Shown here: positions 8,197-16,599 of the stretch, piece after piece
Numbering within the stretch: position 1 is the stretch's first letter
Layout of the letters: each line of letters starts with the position of its first letter
DNA from: a virus
Lineage: Duplodnaviria > Caudoviricetes
Virus record (IMG/VR): IMGVR_UViG_3300036796_000098
Location: 1 to 52,136 of that record
Reading direction: 5' to 3' (one strand)
DNA: 52,136 nt
Notes under the pieces: generated by a model
What the model was told of the DNA's origin: nothing
Seen by the model: the letters and a program-made list of their open reading frames with translations, nothing else
The model's database searches: none
Translations under genes and position numbers: made by a program

Positions 8197-8221
8197 AAAA
8201 AAACCCGCACTAAGCGGGTTT
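8197..8221 (-). terminator. Terminator after cI
   Basis: AAACCCGC-5nt-GCGGGTTT with a T-run on the minus strand. Confidence 0.8.
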
Positions 8222-8239
8222 AAATGTTTTATTGAGGGG

Positions 8240-8959
8240 TTAATATGTTACGGACGACCAAAAGACCTTTCCTATTACTCTAATCTGATCCCTATCTCTG
8301 ATTTCTTCTTCGTGTTCTTCACTGTTGTAACTACGGATTCTCACCTTGCCGCCAGGCACTGCGTAAAGCAACTTTACACGTAGGAGGTCGCCATAATCGA
8401 TGGCATACATTTTGCCATCTTTTATTTCGGTGCATCCCATGTCCACCCCAACGGTTGCACCGTTCGGGAGAACGGGCTCCATGCTGTTACCAATGACTTC
8501 CACGCAGACCGCATTATTAAATTGAACGTTCAATCTGCGCAGAGTTGATTTTGCAAATCTCAACTTAAACCCATTGTTGTCTTCCTGAAATGTGCTTCCG
8601 GTGCCGGCAGCTAACTGAACCTCTTTCAAGAACGGAACTTCTATTTCATCGTCCTCAATAGCAGTTGCAGAATCCCATGGCTCAATATCGCCAATGATCT
8701 TTGCCTGGCCTTTATTTTCCTCATTCTCTAATTCTGGGTGCTGCTGGTCAAGCCATCCGCGCGGAAGCTCAAGATGCATTTCTATTTTTCTTGCTAACTC
8801 ATCTCCAAGATTACGCACGGCTTTATCACCCAGAATCTGACTCAGCGTAGATGAAGACGTGCCAACTTTATCTGCAAAATCTGACTTGCTTAAGCCAGCC
8901 CTGACAGCTTTGTGTTGCTGATAACGGAGGTTAACCCGCCTGATCTCTTTTATGTCCAT
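8240..8959 (-). CDS. cI: CI repressor (HTH + S24 autopeptidase)
   Basis: N-terminal HTH, AAG cleavage site, GNSMEP (Ser) and RVKLL (Lys); probable ATG at 8959. Confidence 0.93.
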   Translation of the reverse strand: MDIKEIRRVNLRYQQHKAVRAGLSKSDFADKVGTSSSTLSQILGDKAVRNLGDELARKIEMHLELPRGWLDQQHPELENEENKGQAKIIGDIEPWDSATAIEDDEIEVPFLKEVQLAAGTGSTFQEDNNGFKLRFAKSTLRRLNVQFNNAVCVEVIGNSMEPVLPNGATVGVDMGCTEIKDGKMYAIDYGDLLRVKLLYAVPGGKVRIRSYNSEEHEEEIRDRDQIRVIGKVFWSSVTY

Positions 8960-8978
8960 GCTTAAATTTTCCCACCTT

Positions 8979-9046
8979 TTAGCACGGCGATAAATATGCA
9001 TGTTGCTAAACGACTCCTTGCAATTATTTTAGCGTATCGCTAATAT
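8979..9046 (+). promoter_or_regulatory. OR operators and pR
   Basis: TTAGCACGGCGATAA 8979-8993; TTAGCGTATCGCTAA 9029-9043; TTGCAA(9018)-17-TAATAT(9041). Confidence 0.75.
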
Positions 9047-9076
9047 TATCCGTATGCATTAGCAACGGGAGCATCT

Positions 9077-9349
9077 ATGGAAAACACCATCTCAGCATTT
9101 GAGCAGATTAATGATCTGCTTCGCTGGAAGAAACAGGCGACAAAAGAGAAGTGGGAAAAGCTCGCAAAGCTGGCAAACACTTCCGTTGGTAACCTGGATC
9201 AACTGGCTTATGGCTGGCGCGGAGCGTCGGCAAAAAAAGCGAGTGATATTGCGAACGCAACGCTTAATTTTCGTGACCCTAAGCCAGTGACTAAAGAGGC
9301 GATTGCATTCGCTCCTGTTCGTAAGGTCCAAAAAGACAACGCAGCATAA
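9077..9349 (+). CDS. cro: Cro-like repressor
   Basis: Divergent from cI; LAKLANTSVGNLDQLAYGWR HTH. Confidence 0.8.
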   Translation: MENTISAFEQINDLLRWKKQATKEKWEKLAKLANTSVGNLDQLAYGWRGASAKKASDIANATLNFRDPKPVTKEAIAFAPVRKVQKDNAA

Positions 9350-9356
9350 GCAACAC

Positions 9357-9394
9357 CGCTCTTTAACATCCTGCTATCCCTCGGAACACCAGGG
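9357..9394 (+). promoter_or_regulatory. nutR (boxA + boxB)
   Basis: CGCTCTTTAACA 9357-9368; hairpin CCCTCGGAACACCAGGG 9378-9394 shares GAAYAC with nutL boxB. Confidence 0.8.
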
Positions 9395-9405
9395 AACCAA
9401 TTCAA

Positions 9406-9430
9406 GTGGCATACCCCACGGTATGCACAC
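9406..9430 (+). terminator. tR1-like hairpin
   Basis: GCATAC/GTATGC stem between nutR and cII. Confidence 0.55.
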
Positions 9431-9463
9431 GTAACTACTTATTCACCATGGAAAGAATACCTA

Positions 9464-9778
9464 ATGGACTTTGCAAGAGAACGCAAAAGCGCTAAGCGCA
9501 TTGAAAGCCAGCTACTCGGTAAGCTGGCGGTAGTAGGGCAAACGAAGCTAGCCCAGTTCATCGGAATGAACGAAGCAGCGATAACACGCATGAAGCATGC
9601 GGCAGGTAACCAGAAGCACAGCTTCTTTGAGCTGATGAGCATGGTAATGGCGATGCTGGAAGTGGAAGCGCCCAGGTCTGATATAGCGCAGTCGTTATTG
9701 AGGATTGAGCGGATGCTGACAAAGAAAAAATGCCCGGTTGCACCCGAGCATTCAGATCAAATCACCATGGAATTCTGA
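9464..9778 (+). CDS. cII: CII transcriptional activator
   Basis: AKRIESQLLGKLAVVGQTKLAQFIGMNEAAITRMK; C-terminal SDQITMEF. Confidence 0.92.
   Translation: MDFARERKSAKRIESQLLGKLAVVGQTKLAQFIGMNEAAITRMKHAAGNQKHSFFELMSMVMAMLEVEAPRSDIAQSLLRIERMLTKKKCPVAPEHSDQITMEF
9473..9486 (-). promoter_or_regulatory. pRE CII box
   Basis: TTGC-GTTCTC-TTGC on the minus strand within the 5' end of cII, as in lambda. Confidence 0.8.
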
Positions 9779-9801
9779 GGAATAACTGGATCAATTCACA
9801 G
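9721..9801 (-). ncRNA. oop-like antisense RNA to cII with LexA box (ends approximate)
   Basis: Hairpin plus T-run on minus strand at 9721-9752; CTGGATCAATTCACAG 9786-9801 at the position of the lambda oop LexA box. Confidence 0.6.
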
Positions 9802-9813
9802 GAGTAATCATAC

Positions 9814-9960
9814 ATGAAAAAGCAGCGGTTTTACCAGGCTGGCGTGCATAAAAATATCGAGCGGGATCGCATTATCCGTTCGGTAAACCAGAAAGGGTGT
9901 GAGGCTCTCCGGGCAATGCTGGAAGAGAACAAGCGGAAACAGGAGAAGGCTCATGAGTAA
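9814..9960 (+). CDS. Small protein between cII and the replication initiator (missing from ORF track)
   Basis: 48 aa MKKQRFYQAGVHKNIERDRIIRS..., AGGAG RBS, overlaps the next start. Confidence 0.65.
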   Translation: MKKQRFYQAGVHKNIERDRIIRSVNQKGCEALRAMLEENKRKQEKAHE

Positions 9961-10921
9961 CGTCGCATACGCAACAGAAAGATTCAGGGGAGGAAACTCT
10001 TCCGGGAGTTCGCGGATGGATAACCAAAAGCAGGGGCATTTTGCGCTGTTCAGGAGCGTCCTTACTGCTGAGTGGGCCACTGATTACGCAAAGCTATCCT
10101 TGTGGGTGAGAATACTTGGCATGGCTCAGCACAAGCCACGCAAGGTAGATTTTGATGGTGTTGAATGGGATTTGTCTGCCGGGCAGTGTGTTACGCAAAT
10201 AGCGATACTCGCCCGGAAGCTCAAAGACCCGAAGGGAGTAGAAAAAACACCTAAACAGGTTCGTGACATGCTGGAATTTTTCGCTAAGGAGAAGATGATC
10301 ACCTTCGCAGGAAGCCGCCATGGAACTGTGATAACGGTCATAAATCATGCCGATTATCAGGGTGATTTTGGGGTAACAAAGCTGGTAACGAACGAGGTAA
10401 CAAACAAACCCAGCGCTGGCGCGGCCTCCGCGCCTATTGAGGTAACAAAGCTGGTAACGAACGAGGTCGAACAGAGTAAGACGTTAGTTAGTAAGAATAT
10501 AAAACATACCCTAACCCACGATGTGGGAATGTCGGGTGAAGAAAAATTAACACCCCGTCAGGCAGGAACAAACCCAAGAGCCAAAGGCACCAACCCACGC
10601 TCTGAAATTCCACCGTTTGATCGTGAACGCCTGAAGAACACCTGGAACTGCAAAGCCGAAACATTCGGGCTACCAAAAATCCGTAGCGTCACCACCACCA
10701 CGGAAAACGGCCTGAAGCGTCTCTGGAAATCCTATCTGAAGCAGTGCAAAGAGTTGGGTACCACTCCGAAAGATATCGACGCATTCCTGAACGGCTACCT
10801 TGAACACGGCTACAAGCCCACACCGTGGGCATGCGGCGCTAATCCTGAAGGGAAAAAGTTCGGCATCGATACCGCACTACGGCAGGAAAAGATTGATCAG
10901 ATTCTGGGAGAAAGCACCTGA
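9953..10921 (+). CDS. Replication initiator (O-like)
   Basis: Position; GHFALFRSVL N-terminal motif; internal iterons. Confidence 0.85.
   Translation: MSNVAYATERFRGGNSSGSSRMDNQKQGHFALFRSVLTAEWATDYAKLSLWVRILGMAQHKPRKVDFDGVEWDLSAGQCVTQIAILARKLKDPKGVEKTPKQVRDMLEFFAKEKMITFAGSRHGTVITVINHADYQGDFGVTKLVTNEVTNKPSAGAASAPIEVTKLVTNEVEQSKTLVSKNIKHTLTHDVGMSGEEKLTPRQAGTNPRAKGTNPRSEIPPFDRERLKNTWNCKAETFGLPKIRSVTTTTENGLKRLWKSYLKQCKELGTTPKDIDAFLNGYLEHGYKPTPWACGANPEGKKFGIDTALRQEKIDQILGEST
10372..10467 (+). repeat. Replication-origin iterons
   Basis: Exact 27-bp repeat GGTAACAAAGCTGGTAACGAACGAGGT at 10372 and 10441, built of GGTAACRAA units spaced 12 bp apart. Confidence 0.85.
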
Positions 10922-12258
10922 TGGACAGCTACGATTTTGAAGAACAACTGGTTGGGGCAATGATGATTCAGGGCGATCACATCGAATGCCGCGATGTCAT
11001 CGGTAAGCTACCTGCTGAAGCTTTTGATAATTACCACCTCCGCACGATGTACAAGGTGATCATAGCCCTGCTGAACAAGGCCGAGCCACTGGACATTTTT
11101 ACTGTTCAAGCCGCTGTTTCAGATGACACAAAGCACTACGTTCTGGAAGTGGCCGGACGCTGTAAATCCGCAGCAAATATCCGTGGCTGGGCCAAGCGTG
11201 TTCGTCAGTGCTGGATGCTCCGCAAGGGTGAGGCAGAATTGATTCATGCAGCCTCGTTGCTTCGCGAAGCTGGTACGCACGACATCAACGACCGCATTGC
11301 TGAAGTGAGCGGCATCGTTGGCAGGCTTCAGTTTGAAACCAACGATAAACTACCGCGCCGCATTGGTGACTTACTTGATGATTACATGGTTGTGCTGGAA
11401 AACCGCATGCAGGGCGAGGAATCTGGCCTGTATCTGAAAACCGGTATTCAGGCGATGGATGACGAGTATGGCGGCTTTGACAGAACAGACCTGATCGTAA
11501 TCGCTGGTCGCCCTGGCATGGGTAAAACTGAGCTGGCAATCAATATCGCTAACTCGATTGGACGGCAGAAAGGGACCGGATTATTGGTTTCAATGGAAAT
11601 GTCCGACATGCAGGTTGTTGAGCGCCATGTTGCAGACAGAGCCGGAATAGCTATCGGGGCTTTACGCAATCCGCTCGGCATGATTCAGGAACAATATACT
11701 CGCCTCACCGCAGCCACGGGAACGTTGCTGGACGAAAACAACCATGTCATTGACGGCTCTTTCAGCGTTGACGAATGCATCGCTCATGCCGAGCGCATGA
11801 ACATGGATGGCGGCCTGAGCTTTCTGGCGATTGATTACCTTGAGCTGATGAACCTGCCAAAAGCAGATCGGTACGACCTTTCCATTGCGGCCGTAACCAG
11901 AAAACTGAAGCAGTTCTGCCTCAGAAATAAAGTCCCGGTAATCCTCCTGGCACAGCTCAACCGCAATGCTGAAGGCCGACAGGATAAGCGCCCGAATATG
12001 AGTGACCTGGCAGGCTCCAGCTCAATCGAGAAAGATGCTGATGTACTTATCTTCCCCTATCGGGACGAGGTTTATAACAAGAACAGCAGCATGAAGGGGC
12101 TTGCAGAAATCATTATCGGCAAATATCGCTCAGGCCAACCAAAAACGTTTTATATGGGCTGGCGCAACGGGCATTTCACAAACATCGATCAGGAAGAAGC
12201 CGCCCGCCAGTTTGCAGAATACGAGCGCAAACAGGAGCCGTCTAAAGACTGGAGATAA
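10921..12258 (+). CDS. DnaB-like replicative helicase
   Basis: GRPGMGKT, SMEM, IDYL, LAQLNR, IEKDAD, KYRSG. Confidence 0.95.
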   Translation: MDSYDFEEQLVGAMMIQGDHIECRDVIGKLPAEAFDNYHLRTMYKVIIALLNKAEPLDIFTVQAAVSDDTKHYVLEVAGRCKSAANIRGWAKRVRQCWMLRKGEAELIHAASLLREAGTHDINDRIAEVSGIVGRLQFETNDKLPRRIGDLLDDYMVVLENRMQGEESGLYLKTGIQAMDDEYGGFDRTDLIVIAGRPGMGKTELAINIANSIGRQKGTGLLVSMEMSDMQVVERHVADRAGIAIGALRNPLGMIQEQYTRLTAATGTLLDENNHVIDGSFSVDECIAHAERMNMDGGLSFLAIDYLELMNLPKADRYDLSIAAVTRKLKQFCLRNKVPVILLAQLNRNAEGRQDKRPNMSDLAGSSSIEKDADVLIFPYRDEVYNKNSSMKGLAEIIIGKYRSGQPKTFYMGWRNGHFTNIDQEEAARQFAEYERKQEPSKDWR

Positions 12259-12260
12259 CC

Positions 12261-12536
12261 ATGACTACCACCAGACAACGCATACACACATACATCTCAA
12301 ACCATCCCGACACATCAGTAAACGAAATAGCCGCCGCGATGGGAGTAACTCGCAGCTGCGTTAGCCCGCAGGTATCGAACCTGTTTCGTGATGGCCTGCT
12401 GACACGTAGCGTATTCAATCAGGGCTATCGGTATGCAGCTATTGGCATAATTACTGAGCCAGCCTCAGCCCCGGCAACGCACATGAGCGAGGGTATGGCG
12501 CTGTTTAACAAACTACTTCGAGAGGTGAGGGCGTGA
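12261..12536 (+). CDS. Winged-helix DNA-binding protein
   Basis: IHTYISNHPDTSVNEIAAAMGVTRSCVS. Confidence 0.7.
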   Translation: MTTTRQRIHTYISNHPDTSVNEIAAAMGVTRSCVSPQVSNLFRDGLLTRSVFNQGYRYAAIGIITEPASAPATHMSEGMALFNKLLREVRA

Positions 12537-12826
12537 GCATTTATCAGGTAACAAAGCCAGATTTGCTTGTTAGCTTTTTTGTGTTTGCAGATATGGGTAA
12601 GCCAATGATGGTTGCCGTCGATGGGACAATAACACTTCCTGAGCTAAATGATATTAACCGTGAATTTTCAGATAACCATATGGATGCAGGATTTCAGGAA
12701 GACGGTAATTACGAAATCAAATGCTCATGGTATCCCGGTCAATTCGATGAAATGGGAAGGTGTGAGGCCTCGCCGGGCTGGGAGTTCGATTTAGTAAAAT
12801 ATGACCCATTACCAACAGAAGACTAA
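12533..12826 (+). CDS. Hypothetical protein
   Basis: GTGA overlap with the upstream gene. Confidence 0.6.
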   Translation: MSIYQVTKPDLLVSFFVFADMGKPMMVAVDGTITLPELNDINREFSDNHMDAGFQEDGNYEIKCSWYPGQFDEMGRCEASPGWEFDLVKYDPLPTED

Positions 12827-12828
12827 CA

Positions 12829-12853
12829 GGCTCGCAAACCGCGGGCTTTTTTT
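12829..12853 (+). terminator. tR2-like intrinsic terminator
   Basis: GGCTCGC/GCGGGCT stem followed by a T-run. Confidence 0.7.
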
Positions 12854-12864
12854 ATGGAGGATTT

Positions 12865-13134
12865 ATGCAAATTATCAAACTGAGCCAGAGGGCTGTTTTA
12901 TCGAAGCGCGTAGACCAGCCCTGGGAATACGAAGAGTCGGTGATATACGAGCCGATTTATGTTGTCGCTGAGCATATCGAATCGTTCTCATGGGCCGGGA
13001 ATACTTACCTGAAAATGATCAGCGGTGAGCGTATCGAGGTGAGAGAGACAGCAGAGGAAGTTATTGACCAGATTCAAGGTGGGGAGCCAGCAGATTCTCT
13101 TGGTGTCTGGGCAGGGCTTGGAGAATCTGAATGA
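12865..13134 (+). CDS. Hypothetical protein
   Basis: GGAGG RBS; 89 aa. Confidence 0.65.
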   Translation: MQIIKLSQRAVLSKRVDQPWEYEESVIYEPIYVVAEHIESFSWAGNTYLKMISGERIEVRETAEEVIDQIQGGEPADSLGVWAGLGESE

Positions 13135-13301
13135 CAAACGAAACACTAAAGCTTGATGAAGAGCGCGCGAAGTTTGAAAAATGGGCCAGAACTAAAAACT
13201 GGAGTATTAAACGGGATTGGGAAGGTGATTATAAGGACGAACCAGTGAACGGGTTCTGGATTGGATGGCTGGCTCGCGCACAACTGGAGACATCATCATG
13301 A
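13131..13301 (+). CDS. Small hypothetical protein (missing from ORF track)
   Basis: 56 aa ...EERAKFEKW...WIGWLARA; ATGA overlaps at both ends. Confidence 0.6.
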   Translation: MTNETLKLDEERAKFEKWARTKNWSIKRDWEGDYKDEPVNGFWIGWLARAQLETSS

Positions 13302-13429
13302 GCTACGAAACTTTCGTAGGTCTGTTATTCATGCTCGCAGAAACAGTGTTTGGCCTGTTGATTATGGCAGCTGGAATGCTGGCTCTGTGTTCAATTTTCG
13401 GCAGCAAGAAGGAAGGGAAGAATGGATAG
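13298..13429 (+). CDS. Small membrane protein (missing from ORF track)
   Basis: 43 aa MSYETFVGLLFMLAETVFGLLIMAAGMLALCSIFGSKKEGKNG; GGAG RBS. Confidence 0.55.
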   Translation: MSYETFVGLLFMLAETVFGLLIMAAGMLALCSIFGSKKEGKNG

Positions 13430-13694
13430 CCGGCAGCAGTTTGAAGAAGCATTTGAAGATTTGTCCGGGTGGGAATTTAACGAGCATCCAAACAGGTCTT
13501 ACTGTGATGATCTGCTCGAAATTTGGGAAAAAGCATGGGAAGCCAGTCGCGCTGCAATCGTCGTAGATACAGGCTATCTGCTTGGCGATGGAGACAACGA
13601 AGACAGCGACTACACGCTCGGCTTTAATCAAGGCATAACAAAGGCAGACAAGGCCATCCGTGCAGCTGGGATAACCGTTAAAGGAGATAGCTGA
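13422..13694 (+). CDS. nin-region hypothetical protein
   Basis: SRQQFEE...AWEASRAAI...AIRAAGITVK pattern. Confidence 0.7.
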   Translation: MDSRQQFEEAFEDLSGWEFNEHPNRSYCDDLLEIWEKAWEASRAAIVVDTGYLLGDGDNEDSDYTLGFNQGITKADKAIRAAGITVKGDS

Positions 13695-13873
13695 TGTATC
13701 CACGAAGCGTATTCAGAAACGAAATGGCATCAATATTAATCAAGCAATATTCAATGTCTGAAAAATCACTGCCAGCGGTGGCTAAGTGGGCCGACTGGGA
13801 TGATTTGTTTGATGTTGGTTACCGAGCCGCTAACTCCGGTGAGGCATTCCAGGAATGGCTACGTTGCCAATAG
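13694..13873 (+). CDS. Small hypothetical protein (missing from ORF track)
   Basis: 59 aa; AAGGAG RBS; TGATG coupling. Confidence 0.55.
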   Translation: MYPRSVFRNEMASILIKQYSMSEKSLPAVAKWADWDDLFDVGYRAANSGEAFQEWLRCQ

Positions 13874-13882
13874 GAGGCATCC

Positions 13883-14059
13883 ATGACAGCCACAATCCAC
13901 CAACTACGACCTGACTATACCCGCCGCGCTTTTGATTTAATCGACTCTCTCCACGAAACAGGACTAAGCAACCATCAGCGAGAAATCGTTGAGGCGGCGC
14001 TGTCGTGTCTGGAGAAAGCTATCGAGGTGAAACATGAAACAGACCCTGATGCTTCGTGA
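13883..14059 (+). CDS. Small hypothetical protein (missing from ORF track)
   Basis: AGGAGG RBS; MTATIHQLRPDYTRRAFDLIDSL... Confidence 0.5.
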   Translation: MTATIHQLRPDYTRRAFDLIDSLHETGLSNHQREIVEAALSCLEKAIEVKHETDPDAS

Positions 14060-14441
14060 CGAACGAGTCAGGCAGAACGCAATAAACATCATCAATTCCC
14101 TCCTCACTGACAAAGACCGACCAGTAACAATCCGCATCTCCGACTACAAACGCAACCTTGACCAGAATGCCAAGTTCCACGCCATGCTGGGTGATATAGC
14201 CGCACAGGTTCAGTGGTGCAACAAAAAGCTGAAGCCTGAGCAGTGGAAGGTGTTGCTAATTAGCGGTCACGCCGTTGCGACGAAGCAAGAAGCTGAGGTG
14301 GTTCCGGGTATCGAAGGCGAGTATGTGAACATCCGGGAGAGCAGTGCAGAAATGAGCGTCAAGCGCATGGCTAGCCTGATTGAGTACACGACGGCCTGGG
14401 CGGTTGGGCAGGGAGTGAGGTTTACAGAAGGACGGTATTGA
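14034..14441 (+). CDS. ninB: NinB/Orf recombination mediator
   Basis: KRNLDQNAKFHAMLGDIAAQVQW...RESSAEMS. Confidence 0.9.
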   Translation: MKQTLMLRDERVRQNAINIINSLLTDKDRPVTIRISDYKRNLDQNAKFHAMLGDIAAQVQWCNKKLKPEQWKVLLISGHAVATKQEAEVVPGIEGEYVNIRESSAEMSVKRMASLIEYTTAWAVGQGVRFTEGRY

Positions 14442-14641
14442 TGCGAAAGACCTGGTTTCGCCACCACGATTTAACAACCGCAGAAGCAGACGAACTCATT
14501 CAACGCTACACACTCCGCAACGTACAAACCCAACGAACGCTAAGCGCCGACCCTAGGTATTGGGTTGTGGCCGCGCTTTTGCCCGAGGGTCGAACGGAGC
14601 CGAGGGCGAGCAATACATTTCAGCAGAGGTGCTGGCAATGA
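14441..14641 (+). CDS. Hypothetical protein
   Basis: TWFRHHDLTTAEADELIQRY pattern common after ninB. Confidence 0.65.
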   Translation: MRKTWFRHHDLTTAEADELIQRYTLRNVQTQRTLSADPRYWVVAALLPEGRTEPRASNTFQQRCWQ

Positions 14642-15474
14642 CAGCCTACTACAACGAATTTAATCCTGAAGCTGCGGCTCATTTACGCAATCTCATAAAG
14701 CGTGGATTGATTGCACCCGGCGATGTGGACGAAAGGAGCATTATTGATGTCAGAGCAGACGATCTTATCGGATATAGACAGTGTCACTTCTTTGCAGGAA
14801 TCGGCGGCTGGCCTCTCGCTTTGCGATTCGCAAAGGTCAGAGACGATGCGCCAGTCTGGACGGGATCGCCGCCGTGCCAGCCTTATAGCTGCGCTGGAAA
14901 GAAACTCGGCTTCTCCGACCCGCGACACCTTGCCCCAAAACTACTTGACCTCATCGCAGAGCGAAAGCCTTCAATGTTCTTTGGAGAGCAAGTTACGCCG
15001 GCGATTGGGAAAAACTGGCTCGACTTTGTACACCTTGAAATGGAAGCAGAGGGTTACGCCTGCGGGACGGCAGTACTGCCAGCTTGCTGCATCGGTGCGC
15101 CTCACGAAAGAAAGCGAGCATTCATCGGAGCGGTTAGGGGTCTGGTATACGCCAACAACCAATGTGAATTATCAGCCAGCAACGCCTCGGGGAATGGAGA
15201 CATTGACGGGACAGGCTCTGCATCTAACGAGTCATGGAATAGGTCAGAGTGGATTCCCTGCAAGGACGGCAGGTCGCGCCCAATTGAACCCGGCCTTAGC
15301 CCGGTGGTTAATGGGATACCCAAAGGAATGGGACGAGGAAAGCATTCACTGGCAGCAATGGCAGCAGCTAATCGCCGATCGCGAATTAGAGGTTACGGAA
15401 ATGCGATAGTCCCGCAACTTGCAGCTCAGTTCATTATGGCTTTCATGGAGGCGACATATGCTCCGGCCATCTGA
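14638..15474 (+). CDS. DNA cytosine-C5 methyltransferase, alpha-type polypeptide
   Basis: Motifs I FFAGIGG, IV GSPPCQPYS, VI GEQV, VIII HERKR and X GYGNAIV; no clear motif IX. Confidence 0.88.
   Translation: MTAYYNEFNPEAAAHLRNLIKRGLIAPGDVDERSIIDVRADDLIGYRQCHFFAGIGGWPLALRFAKVRDDAPVWTGSPPCQPYSCAGKKLGFSDPRHLAPKLLDLIAERKPSMFFGEQVTPAIGKNWLDFVHLEMEAEGYACGTAVLPACCIGAPHERKRAFIGAVRGLVYANNQCELSASNASGNGDIDGTGSASNESWNRSEWIPCKDGRSRPIEPGLSPVVNGIPKGMGRGKHSLAAMAAANRRSRIRGYGNAIVPQLAAQFIMAFMEATYAPAI
14747..15409 (+). CDS. Nested alternate-frame methyltransferase beta-type polypeptide carrying motif IX
   Basis: Long open +1 frame; AAGGAG 8 nt before ATG 14747; QLNPALARWLMGYPKEW near the C-terminus. Confidence 0.65.
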   Translation: MSEQTILSDIDSVTSLQESAAGLSLCDSQRSETMRQSGRDRRRASLIAALERNSASPTRDTLPQNYLTSSQSESLQCSLESKLRRRLGKTGSTLYTLKWKQRVTPAGRQYCQLAASVRLTKESEHSSERLGVWYTPTTNVNYQPATPRGMETLTGQALHLTSHGIGQSGFPARTAGRAQLNPALARWLMGYPKEWDEESIHWQQWQQLIADRELEVTEMR

Positions 15475-15625
15475 CATCACCACATACCAGCGAACCTGCA
15501 ACGCAGCAGCAGGATATTGCGCAGCATGTACAAAGCCACTCAACAACGAGACGTATGTATGTGATGAGTGCGCTCATGAGGCGTATGTAGAAACTAAACC
15601 GAATGGAGATAGTGATGATAATTAG
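15458..15625 (+). CDS. ninF: NinF-like zinc-binding protein
   Basis: CAACTKPL...YVCDEC; GGAGG RBS. Confidence 0.75.
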   Translation: MLRPSDITTYQRTCNAAAGYCAACTKPLNNETYVCDECAHEAYVETKPNGDSDDN

Positions 15626-16007
15626 CAGGTATGGGCCAATAACGCTCAGGCACTTTCTGGATAATCCATATTGGGCAGCGGCGGCCGGTTACGACTTTAA
15701 TTACCTCGACTGTTTATCGGCATCAACTCAAGTCATGAGCAATGTAGCAAATAATGCGTGGGATGAAATTGTAGAGTTTCCTTATACCGAAATAAGGGAT
15801 TTGCCAGCCTTTATCATTAAGTTGACCTTGGCGGCACTCCTGTTAGTCATTCTCGCCTTCGCCTACCCGATACTGGCACTCGTTATTAACATCCGATGCA
15901 AGTCGTGGAAAGAGAAGTACAAGGGGCCGCACAACAGCACCGTCACCAACAACATGAACGGCTGGATTCGACAATGCAACCGCAAGTGGGGTCGCAACTA
16001 TGGCTGA
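15615..16007 (+). CDS. Hypothetical membrane protein
   Basis: Hydrophobic segment LTLAALLLVILAFAYPILALVI. Confidence 0.65.
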   Translation: MIISRYGPITLRHFLDNPYWAAAAGYDFNYLDCLSASTQVMSNVANNAWDEIVEFPYTEIRDLPAFIIKLTLAALLLVILAFAYPILALVINIRCKSWKEKYKGPHNSTVTNNMNGWIRQCNRKWGRNYG

Positions 16008-16599
16008 CAGGCGAAAGCCGCCGAAGCCTAAGAAATGCGCTATCTGCTCCGTAGAATTTACCCCTTACAAATCTCTCCAAAGAACCTGCTCAATCCCCTG
16101 CGCCATTACCCATGGCAAGCAGAAGGAACAAGCCAAGCAGGACAAATTAAACCGCGCAAACCTTAAAGCCAGACGGGAAAAACTCAAGACCGCATCCGAC
16201 TGGAACAAAGAGGCTCAGATAGCTGTTAACCGGTTCATCTTCTGGCGTGACTACGGCAAACCCTGCATAGCATGCGGTAAGCCACTGGTTTATGGAGTGA
16301 GAGGTGGGGCAGTAGATGCAAGTCATTACCGCTCGAGAGGCTCGGCAGCACACTTAAGATTTAACGTTTTCAACATCCACGCAGGCTGTGTGAGATGCAA
16401 CAGGGAGCTATCCGGCAACCTGATCCCCTTCCGTATCAATCTCATCAAGAAAATCGGCCCGGAGCGCGTAGAGCGCATTGAGCACGACAACAAACCACGA
16501 AAGTTCGACATCGACTATCTGAAGCGAGTGAAAGCAATCTTCACGCGCCGGGCACGTCATTACGAAAAACTACGTAAGCAACAGGAGCAGGCAGCATGA
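16000..16599 (+). CDS. ninG: NinG/Rap endonuclease
   Basis: PCIACG, DASHYRSRG, LRFNVFNIHAGCVRCN. Confidence 0.92.
   Translation: MADRRKPPKPKKCAICSVEFTPYKSLQRTCSIPCAITHGKQKEQAKQDKLNRANLKARREKLKTASDWNKEAQIAVNRFIFWRDYGKPCIACGKPLVYGVRGGAVDASHYRSRGSAAHLRFNVFNIHAGCVRCNRELSGNLIPFRINLIKKIGPERVERIEHDNKPRKFDIDYLKRVKAIFTRRARHYEKLRKQQEQAA

Noticed and set aside
10372-10467. Possible mini-CRISPR (27-bp repeat twice)
   Set aside because: In-frame inside the initiator gene, internally periodic, non-palindromic and no cas genes; these are iterons
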